Below are positions 8,039 through 14,734 of a stretch of 64,000 nt of DNA, piece by piece. The DNA is taken from assembly GCA_964432485.1 (NCBI GenBank), contig CAYSNP010000003.1, forward strand, positions 20,232-84,231. Reading direction: 5' to 3'. Source of the stretch: an uncultured Christensenellaceae bacterium. GTDB taxonomy: Bacteria > Bacillota > Clostridia > Christensenellales > DTU072. The notes under the pieces are model-generated. The model searched no databases and had not been told where the DNA came from. It saw only the letters and a program-made list of their open reading frames with translations. Every line of letters starts with the position of its first letter. Within the stretch, counting starts at the first letter, position 1. Made by a program: the position numbers and the translations under genes.

Positions 8039-8266
8039 ATGGCAGGCGACAAGATTAAAGAGCTTATAGCTAAACAGTTAGGGCTTGAAGCGGACGAAGT
8101 AAATGAAAATGCCGAGTTAGTTAATGATTTAGGTGCAGATTCTTTAGATATTATCCAAATGTTAATAGGTTTAGAAAGAGAGTTTTCTATAGTTTTTGAC
8201 GATGAGCAAATAAAAAAAGTCAAGACCGTAGGAGATGTTATAAGGTTCGTCGAGTCTCATAACTAG
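8039..8266 (+). CDS. acpP: acyl carrier protein
   Basis: 75 aa with the LGADSLDIIQMLIGLEREF phosphopantetheine-attachment motif (DSL). AAGGAG RBS. Confidence 0.85.
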   Translation: MAGDKIKELIAKQLGLEADEVNENAELVNDLGADSLDIIQMLIGLEREFSIVFDDEQIKKVKTVGDVIRFVESHN

Positions 8267-8377
8267 CTTATTTTCACGATTTTACATAAATATTTAAGAT
8301 ATTTAATTGACATACATGGAGCTATATGTTAAAGTATATAAGCATCCTTAGAGGTGTTCTTTTTTTGGAGGTAAAAG

Positions 8378-8527
8378 ATGCGCGTTAAAATAACATTAGC
8401 TTGCACCGAATGCAAACAGCGTAATTATGATAGTATGAAAAATAAAAAATCTACCCCTGATAGGATAGAAATGAGTAAGTATTGCAGGTTCTGCAAAAAG
8501 CATACTACACATAAGGAAACTAAATAA
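8378..8527 (+). CDS. rpmG: 50S ribosomal protein L33 (below the ORF-track length cutoff)
   Basis: My own translation: [49 protein letters not shown] (49 aa). GGAGG RBS. Sits in the canonical position before secE-nusG. Confidence 0.9.
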   Translation: MRVKITLACTECKQRNYDSMKNKKSTPDRIEMSKYCRFCKKHTTHKETK

Positions 8528-8539
8528 CGGAGGGGCATA

Positions 8540-8974
8540 ATGGCAAAAAAAAGGTCAAAATATGTTGCTAAAATAAGGGCAAGCCAAAAGCCTGCGCCTA
8601 CAGTCGATCCCAAAAGCGAAAAACTAAAAGAGCTTTCGGCAAAGGCAGAGTCTTTTCCTGAAACGGAAACTGCTTTAGCCGAAGCTGTCAAACCTGAAGA
8701 AACTGCTAAGCAAGCCGCCCCAAAAAAGGCAGCTCCTAAAAAGAGCGCGCAGCGTGCAAAGAAGAAGTTTGATATAGCAAAAAAGTTTCGTGAGGTGGTA
8801 AGCGAATTAAAAAAGGTGGATTGGCCGCCTTTTAAGAGCACTACACAACGCAGCGGCGTGCTGCAAAGCACTTCTACAGTGCTTGTTATGGTGCTTATTT
8901 TTGTTGTAATAGTAGTTGCTTTTGACTCCGGACTGCTGCAATTGCTTAGCTTGCTTACTCAAGCATCTAAATAG
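8540..8974 (+). CDS. secE: preprotein translocase subunit SecE with a long Lys/Ala/Pro-rich N-terminal extension
   Basis: The C-terminus (..VVSELKKVDWPPFKST.. plus a single TM helix) is SecE-like. Gene order rpmG-secE-nusG supports the call. Confidence 0.8.
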   Translation: MAKKRSKYVAKIRASQKPAPTVDPKSEKLKELSAKAESFPETETALAEAVKPEETAKQAAPKKAAPKKSAQRAKKKFDIAKKFREVVSELKKVDWPPFKSTTQRSGVLQSTSTVLVMVLIFVVIVVAFDSGLLQLLSLLTQASK

Positions 8975-8983
8975 GGGTAATAA

Positions 8984-9517
8984 ATGGAAGAAGCCAATGC
9001 TAAATGGTATGTGATTCATACTTATTCCACTTATGAAAGCGCAGTTAAAACCAATCTGGAAAAAATGATTGAAAATAACAACCTGCAAAAATATATTTAT
9101 GAGATAGCTATTCCCGTAGAAAAAGATATAGTAGAAAAAAACGGTAAGCGCAAAGTGGTGGAGCGCAAGAAATTTCCTGCTTATGTGTTTATTAAAATGA
9201 TATATACGGACAACCTATGGTATATGATTACCAATACCAGAGGTGTAACAGGTTTTGTCGGACCGGGCGGCAAAGGGCTGCCGCTGACCGTTGCCGAAAT
9301 CAAGCGTATGGGGCTGGAAAAGATTGATGCCGCTGAGTTTGATATTAAAGTGGGCGACAATGTCAGGGTAATAAGCGGTGCGCTGGAAACTTTTTTGGGC
9401 ACTGTAGAAGAAATCAATATGGAAAAGCAAAAAGTAAGAGTTATCGTGCATATGTTTGGCAGACAAACACCTGTTGAGTTGGAGTTTAACCAAATAGAAA
9501 AAATTAATTTAGTTTAA
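8984..9517 (+). CDS. nusG: transcription termination/antitermination factor NusG
   Basis: NGN start (WYVIHTYS..E) and a KOW region (GDNVRVISGALETFLGTVEEI). Synteny supports the call. Confidence 0.9.
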   Translation: MEEANAKWYVIHTYSTYESAVKTNLEKMIENNNLQKYIYEIAIPVEKDIVEKNGKRKVVERKKFPAYVFIKMIYTDNLWYMITNTRGVTGFVGPGGKGLPLTVAEIKRMGLEKIDAAEFDIKVGDNVRVISGALETFLGTVEEINMEKQKVRVIVHMFGRQTPVELEFNQIEKINLV

Positions 9518-10076
9518 GGAAAAACTGAATAAATACTCGTGCTGATTGCGGATAGATTTTGGGCTAGGTTGCGCCGGAGCGACGAAGGCTGTACTTGCGG
9601 TACAGACGAGGAGCGGAGGCGCAAGATAGTCTGAAAGATACCGCAAGCAGCCGAAAAGGCCTAAAAAGTGGACTTTTACTTGGATAATATGGTATAATTA
9701 GGGTATGAAAGCGCAGATGAATATAAGCGATTTAATGCAAAGTAGAGCATGCCTTTCATATAGTAAAAAACATCTTTGGGTTCAAGCGTATTCGCTACAA
9801 AGGCAAAGATAAAAACGACGGTCTTTTCCATATGCTCTTTGCAAGTGCCAACCTGTATAAGTTAGTGCGGCAAGGGAAAAGTTTGTCTTATATCAAAACA
9901 GGAGGATAAAAACTGATAAATGCCTTTAAATGACGCACTCTTGAAATCACAGCTCATCTTTTTGGCGTAAAACCGCTGAAATCGCTTGCCAATATTTCAA
10001 TATTGGCCGCGCGCCTTCATCAATTTTCCGTTCAAAAATCTGCGGCTGTATTTCAAGGTATTTGTTCAGTTTTTCC
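9518..10076 (+). mobile_element. 559-bp internally deleted IS5-like element (non-autonomous remnant) flanked by a TTAA duplication
   Basis: IR-L ggaaaaactgaaTaaatac (9518-9536) matches the reverse complement of 10058-10076 (ggaaaaactgaaCaaatac), 18/19. TTAA occurs at 9514-9517 and at 10077-10080. Contains a transposase C-terminal fragment. Confidence 0.7.
9736..9909 (+). pseudogene. C-terminal fragment of a DDE (IS5/IS1182-type) transposase
   Basis: Translation ..VEHAFHIVKNIFGFKRIRYKGKDKNDGLFHMLFASANLYKLVRQ.. matches the typical IS5-family C-terminus (FG..K.RYRG..KN......LFA.ANLY). No upstream catalytic part is present. Confidence 0.65.
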
Positions 10077-10152
10077 TTAAGATAAACTCACAAGTCTGGG
10101 AGGGAGGCAAACGCTCCCGCTGGAACCTAAATAGTTAAAAGGAGATATAACT

Positions 10153-10578
10153 ATGGCAAAAAAAATTACCGCAGTTGTTAAACTGCAACTCCCCGCCGGC
10201 AAAGCAACGCCCGGCCCGCCTGTAGGCTCAACATTAGGACCTTATGGCATCAATATTCCCGGTTTCACAAAGGAATTCAACGAAAAGACTAAGAATCAAA
10301 TGGGATTGATTATCCCCATTGTGATGACTATTTTTGCTGACCGTTCGTTTACCTTTATTATGAAAACCCCTCCTGCCGCAGTGCTGATTAAAAAGGCTTG
10401 CAATATTGAGCTCGGCAGCGCAATTCCTAATAAGACAAAGGTTGCTACCATAACCCGCGCACAAGTAAAAGAAATTGCACAAACTAAGCAAAAGGACCTC
10501 AATGCTGCCACTATTGAAACAGCAATGAGTATGGTAGAAGGCACAGCCCGCAGTATGGGCGTTACGGTTGTGGATTAG
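10153..10578 (+). CDS. rplK: 50S ribosomal protein L11
   Basis: [37 protein letters not shown] is canonical L11. Confidence 0.95.
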   Translation: MAKKITAVVKLQLPAGKATPGPPVGSTLGPYGINIPGFTKEFNEKTKNQMGLIIPIVMTIFADRSFTFIMKTPPAAVLIKKACNIELGSAIPNKTKVATITRAQVKEIAQTKQKDLNAATIETAMSMVEGTARSMGVTVVD

Positions 10579-10587
10579 GAGGCGGAA

Positions 10588-11268
10588 ATGAAAAGAGGAA
10601 AAGCATATATTGATTCTAAAAAATTAATAGAAAAGACCAAATTATATGATGCAGGCGAAGCCTTTGAGCTGATACTGCAAACTGCTAAAGCCAAGTTTGA
10701 CGAAACGATAGAGCTGCATATTAAGTTAGGCGTAGACCCCAGGCATGCTGACCAGCAAGTAAGAGGCGTACTTGTATTGCCTCACGGTACAGGTAAGACT
10801 GTCAGAGTATTAGTTATAGCAAAAGGACCAAAAGCGGATGAGGCAACAGCGGCAGGAGCTGACTTTGTAGGTGCGGAGGAATATGTCGAAAAGATTCAAA
10901 AAGGCTGGTTTGACTTTGATGTTTGCGTAACAACCCCTGATATGATGGGCTTAGTGGGCAGACTTGGCAAGCTGCTTGGACCTAAAGGGTTAATGCCCAA
11001 TCCCAAAAGCGGAACGGTTACCCCCAATGTTACCAAAGCCATAGAGGATATCAAGGCAGGTAAGGTAGAATACAGGGTAGACAAAAGCGCAATAATTCAT
11101 GTGCCTATCGGCAAAAAGTCTTTTGGCACGCAAAAGCTGGAGGAAAACTTTACCGCTCTAATGGATGCGGTGGTAAAAACAAAACCTGCCAGTGCTAAAG
11201 GCCGCTATATTAGGAGCGTAGCCATAGCTTCTACAATGGGGCCTGGCATTAAAATAAATTATGTATAA
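10588..11268 (+). CDS. rplA: 50S ribosomal protein L1
   Basis: 226 aa. [24 protein letters not shown] and [15 protein letters not shown] are canonical L1. Confidence 0.95.
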   Translation: MKRGKAYIDSKKLIEKTKLYDAGEAFELILQTAKAKFDETIELHIKLGVDPRHADQQVRGVLVLPHGTGKTVRVLVIAKGPKADEATAAGADFVGAEEYVEKIQKGWFDFDVCVTTPDMMGLVGRLGKLLGPKGLMPNPKSGTVTPNVTKAIEDIKAGKVEYRVDKSAIIHVPIGKKSFGTQKLEENFTALMDAVVKTKPASAKGRYIRSVAIASTMGPGIKINYV

Positions 11269-11276
11269 AGGTTTGC

Positions 11277-11305
11277 TTGACAGCACAATATAAATAATTT
11301 ATACT
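11277..11305 (+). promoter_or_regulatory. rplJL promoter (TTGACA-17-TATACT)
   Basis: Consensus -35 at 11277-11282, a 17-nt spacer, and -10 at 11300-11305. Confidence 0.55.
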
Positions 11306-11324
11306 TGATTTACAACTAAATATC

Positions 11325-11430
11325 AGCTTCACAGACAGCTTAGCGCCTATGGGCTTAAAATTCGCTAGCCGAGAAGAGAACAATTGTTCAGAGCAATTTT
11401 AACTCCGTGTCTGTGGCGCGGAGTTTATTA
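11325..11430 (+). promoter_or_regulatory. putative L10(L12)4 autoregulatory leader of rplJL
   Basis: The long-range stem cacagaca (11329-11336) / tgtctgtg (11408-11415) competes with the local hairpin aactccg..cggagtt (11401-11425) followed by TTTATTATT. The position matches known Firmicute L10 leaders. Not checked with a covariance model. Confidence 0.45.
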
Positions 11431-11450
11431 TTAAAAAAGGAGGTAAGAAA

Positions 11451-11936
11451 GTGTCTAAGTTTAGAGAACAAAAGGAACAAAAAGTAGAAGATATTAAAGA
11501 AAAGATTGCAAATGCTAAGTCCTTTTTACTAATTGATTACAAAGGCATAACCGTTGGGCAGGATACACTATTGCGCAAAGAGTATCGTGAAAACGGTTGC
11601 AGCTATGAAGTGCTTAAAAATAGCCTTTTGAAGATTGCGCTCAACGATATGGGCTATACGCAATTCGACGCATCGTTAAAAGGGCCAACCGCTGTGGCTA
11701 TGGCAAATACTGACGATATATCAGCACCTGCCCGAATAGCTTTTGCAAAAGCAAGAGAGTTTAGAAAAATGACTATCAAATGCGGACTGGCAGATGGAGA
11801 GTTTTTGGGTCAAGAGCAATGTAGAGAGCTTGCTTTACTGCCAAATAAAGAGACTCTTATTGCGCAACTGCTTGGAATGTTGCAAGCACCTATCGCATCT
11901 TTTGCCCGAGTTTTAGATGCAATAGCCACCAGATAG
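11451..11936 (+). CDS. rplJ: 50S ribosomal protein L10 (GTG start)
   Basis: AAGGAGG RBS, 161 aa, L10-like sequence, with rplL downstream. Confidence 0.9.
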   Translation: MSKFREQKEQKVEDIKEKIANAKSFLLIDYKGITVGQDTLLRKEYRENGCSYEVLKNSLLKIALNDMGYTQFDASLKGPTAVAMANTDDISAPARIAFAKAREFRKMTIKCGLADGEFLGQEQCRELALLPNKETLIAQLLGMLQAPIASFARVLDAIATR

Positions 11937-11966
11937 CCAAATAGGTAATAAAAAAGGAGAATAAAA

Positions 11967-12341
11967 ATGGCAGATTTAACAAAATTTATCGAAGAAATAA
12001 AAAAATTAACAGTATTGGAGCTCAATTCTTTAGTTAAGGCTTTAGAAGAGGAGTTTGGAGTAAGCGCAGCGGCGCAAGTAGCGGTAGGTGCGGGCCCATC
12101 ACTAGCCCCTGTGGAAGAAGTAGAAGAAAAGACCGAATTTGATGTCGTTATCAATAGCGTAGGCGACAAGAAAATTGCAGTCATTAAGGTAGTGCGTGAA
12201 GCAACCGGGCTGGGCTTAGTACAAGCAAAAGCATTGGTAGATGGCGCACCTGCTAAGGTAAAAGAAGCTATAGGCAAAGAAGAAGCTGATGAGCTTGTAG
12301 CTAAACTAAAAGAAGCAGGAGCTGACGCAGAAGCAAAGTAA
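11967..12341 (+). CDS. rplL: 50S ribosomal protein L7/L12
   Basis: Ala/Glu-rich hinge and a C-terminus ([30 protein letters not shown]....EA.....KLKEAGA) that are canonical L7/L12. Confidence 0.95.
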   Translation: MADLTKFIEEIKKLTVLELNSLVKALEEEFGVSAAAQVAVGAGPSLAPVEEVEEKTEFDVVINSVGDKKIAVIKVVREATGLGLVQAKALVDGAPAKVKEAIGKEEADELVAKLKEAGADAEAK

Positions 12342-12360
12342 TTGCAGCAACTGCCGCAAA

Positions 12361-12509
12361 CCGTTTGCAAGCAAACGGCAGTAAGTACCGCCTAGCGGCG
12401 GCATGATGAGTTACCCTATGGGTAACATTATGTACATTGCTATCGCAATGCATTATGTACCATTTGCAAGCAAATGGCATTATGAACCCGCCTGACGGCG
12501 ACATTAAGG
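12361..12509 (+). repeat. array of six different short hairpins joined by CATKATGWA-type linkers, ending ACATTAAGG
   Basis: Hairpins lie at 12361-78, 12388-401, 12410-26, 12435-50, 12460-77 and 12488-500, with a period of 22-27 nt. Linkers are catgatga, attatgta, cattatgta and cattatgaa. Confidence 0.75.
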
Positions 12510-12540
12510 AAAAAAAAGACAGGCTTTTGCCCGTCTTTTG
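12510..12540. terminator. bidirectional rho-independent terminator between rplL and tsaD
   Basis: An A8 run, the stem aagacaggc / gcccgtctt (one mismatch), then TCTTTTG. Confidence 0.75.
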
Positions 12541-12563
12541 TCATTTATAGTAGGTAATAACAA

Positions 12564-13631
12564 TCAATTATGTTCGTCAATCTTTAATTCAGCAGTAGCG
12601 TCAAGAGTTAAGGGAGAAGGGAGCATACCTTCTTTTATAGCATAATAACTGGCTACTCCAATCATTGCCGCATTGTCTGTACAATGTTTTTTTTCCGGCA
12701 TATATAGCGTTGCGCCAACTTCCTCACAAGCGGTTCTTAGTTTTGAGCGCAGCAGCTCATTTGCTCCTACCCCGCCGGCAAGTATCACCTTGTCTATTTT
12801 TGTCCTTTGCACCGCTTTTATAGTATTGCTTACAAGTACACTTGCCACTTCCTCTTGAAAAGAGCATGCAATATCAGCCTTGGGTATGGGCAGCCCTTTT
12901 TGCTCCAGGTTGTGAACATAATTGACAATAGAAGTCTTTATTCCGCTAAAAGAAAAGTTTAGGTGTTCTTCCCCTTTAAAGCTTCGGGGCATTTTAATAC
13001 TGTTTTGTCCCTCTTTAGCCAGTATGCTGATTTTAGGGCCTCCGGGGTACTCTAACCCCAGCACCCTTGCCACTTTATCAAATGCTTCGCCTGCCGCATC
13101 ATCACGGGTAGAGCCTAATAACTCTATATCGTTATAGCTGTTCACTTTTGCAATAGCTGTATGCCCCCCGCTTACAATAAGCGCAATAGCGGGCAAGTTT
13201 ATATCGTGATAACCAAAATTGGCAAAGATATGCCCTTTAATATGATTGATTCCATAGCACGGAATGCCCAGCGCATAAGCCAAACTTTTGGCATAAGACA
13301 CGCCTACAATCAATGCTCCAAGCAGCCCCGCCCCATAGGTTACAGCAATAGCATTAATTTGGCCTGCCTTAACTCCCGCTTCTGCAAGCGCACACTCAAC
13401 AATATTGTCAATGGCGGCAATATGGTTGCGGCTTGCAATCTCAGGCACTACTCCGCCAAAGCGTTTATGGATATCTATTTGGCTCATAATTGACGAGCTT
13501 AAAATCCGCTTGCCTTGCAATACTGCTACCGCAGTTTCGTCACAACTGGTTTCTATGGCAAGAGTGAGGTAATCCTCTCTTGCCCGCAAAGCCTTGCCTA
13601 GCTTTAGTGCGGCAGTATAATACCTGCTCAT
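12564..13631 (-). CDS. tsaD: tRNA N6-adenosine threonylcarbamoyltransferase
   Basis: 355 aa. LAIETSCDETAVAV, HI.GH and GGVGANELLR are TsaD/Kae1 hallmarks. Confidence 0.9.
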   Translation of the reverse strand: MSRYYTAALKLGKALRAREDYLTLAIETSCDETAVAVLQGKRILSSSIMSQIDIHKRFGGVVPEIASRNHIAAIDNIVECALAEAGVKAGQINAIAVTYGAGLLGALIVGVSYAKSLAYALGIPCYGINHIKGHIFANFGYHDINLPAIALIVSGGHTAIAKVNSYNDIELLGSTRDDAAGEAFDKVARVLGLEYPGGPKISILAKEGQNSIKMPRSFKGEEHLNFSFSGIKTSIVNYVHNLEQKGLPIPKADIACSFQEEVASVLVSNTIKAVQRTKIDKVILAGGVGANELLRSKLRTACEEVGATLYMPEKKHCTDNAAMIGVASYYAIKEGMLPSPLTLDATAELKIDEHN

Positions 13632-14731
13632 AAGCCGCCCCTCTTGAGGTACTCAATAATAAACTCCTCTATCTCTCCATCCATAACCGCACCAATATCA
13701 GTCTTTTCGTAATTGGTTCGATGGTCCTTAACTAAGGTATAAGGACAAAACACATAAGAGCGTATTTGGGAGCCCCATTCTATCTTTTTGGTATCCCCTT
13801 TTAGCTTATTACTCTCCTCAAGCTGCTTTTCTTCCTTTAATTGTGCCAGCTTAGATTTCAGCATTTTCATAGCTGTATCTTTGTTTTGCATTTGGCTTCT
13901 TTCATTTTGGCATTGCACAACTATGCCTGTAGACAAATGCGTAATTCGGATTGCGCTATCGGTTTTGTTGACATGCTGTCCGCCCTTTCCGCTTGCTCTA
14001 AAGGTGTCTATCCTTATTTCCTCAGGCTTGATTACTATTTCGCTATCGTCAATAATTTCAGGCATAACTTCCAACGCTGCAAAAGAAGTGTGCCTCCGCT
14101 TGTTAGAATCAAAAGGGCTTATGCGCACAAGGCGGTGCACTCCCTTTTCCGCTTTTAGATACCCGTAAGCATTGGCACCGGAAATATAAAAAGTAACCCT
14201 TTTTATACCTGCTTCGTCTCCGTCAAGGTAATCCAGCTCCTCTATTTTATACCCTTTGTTTTCTGCATATCGGGTATACATACGATAAAGCATAGCCACC
14301 CAATCTTGGCTTTCTGTGCCGCCTGCTCCGGCATGCAAGGTAAGGAGCGCATTGTTATTGTCGTACTTGCCCCTCATCAATGCTTCTATGCTAAGCTTGG
14401 CGCATTCTTTTTCCGTTTGTAACAGCATAGAGCGCACATCCGCCGCCTCTTGCTCATCTTGAGCATCTTCTACCATATTTACCAGCTCTTCTATATCCAA
14501 AAGCTGCACTCGTAGCCCTTCTACGGTGCTTATTTTCTTTACTGCATCAGTTAATTCTTGATTGACTTTATGTGCCGCTATAGGGTCTTGCCAAAGACCC
14601 GCTTCCGCTTGTCTTTCCTCAAGTACTTTTACCCTTTTTTTCAGCTCATCAATATTATAAGCAGAAGCAATAACTTCTGCTTGCGCCTTCAAATCTGCTA
14701 AAAGTGCCTTTTCTTTATAAAAATCTATCAC
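13628..14731 (-). CDS. prfB: peptide chain release factor 2 (single uninterrupted frame)
   Basis: SPF tripeptide (RISPFDS), GGQ motif (SGKGGQHVNKTDSAIRITH), 367 aa. ATGA overlap with tsaD. Confidence 0.9.
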   Translation of the reverse strand: MIDFYKEKALLADLKAQAEVIASAYNIDELKKRVKVLEERQAEAGLWQDPIAAHKVNQELTDAVKKISTVEGLRVQLLDIEELVNMVEDAQDEQEAADVRSMLLQTEKECAKLSIEALMRGKYDNNNALLTLHAGAGGTESQDWVAMLYRMYTRYAENKGYKIEELDYLDGDEAGIKRVTFYISGANAYGYLKAEKGVHRLVRISPFDSNKRRHTSFAALEVMPEIIDDSEIVIKPEEIRIDTFRASGKGGQHVNKTDSAIRITHLSTGIVVQCQNERSQMQNKDTAMKMLKSKLAQLKEEKQLEESNKLKGDTKKIEWGSQIRSYVFCPYTLVKDHRTNYEKTDIGAVMDGEIEEFIIEYLKRGGL

Positions 14732-14734
14732 AAT

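Noticed and set aside
9930-10056. Possible N-terminal transposase fragment on the minus strand near the right end of the IS remnant (LNKYLEIQPQIFERKIDEG..)
   Set aside because: Its orientation conflicts with the plus-strand C-terminal fragment. The peptide is short and has no motif that I can tie to IS5/IS1182 transposases, so it is not supported.
10081-10152. L1-binding autoregulatory leader upstream of rplK (gggagggaggcaaacgctccc)
   Set aside because: A small hairpin is visible, but I cannot match it confidently to the 23S-mimic L1 site without a covariance-model scan. It is therefore not listed as a feature.
11810-12370. 186-aa minus-strand ORF overlapping rplJ and rplL
   Set aside because: It is antisense to two ribosomal protein genes. 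Its Ser/Ala/Thr-rich sequence mirrors the Ala/Glu-rich L7/L12 codons.
12361-12509. Possible miniature CRISPR array, because of regularly spaced repeats with a ~25-nt period
   Set aside because: The constant part is only ~8 nt and the variable parts are themselves palindromic hairpins. The period is far shorter than any CRISPR repeat-spacer unit, and no cas genes are in the window. Reported instead as a hairpin-array repeat.
13628-14731. Programmed +1 frameshift site in prfB (CUU UGA C near codon 25)
   Set aside because: The 367-aa ORF is continuous from an N-terminus that aligns with full-length RF2 (..IASAYNIDELKKRVKVLEE..). No in-frame stop or shifted upstream mini-ORF is needed. This prfB appears to lack the autoregulatory frameshift, as happens in some lineages.
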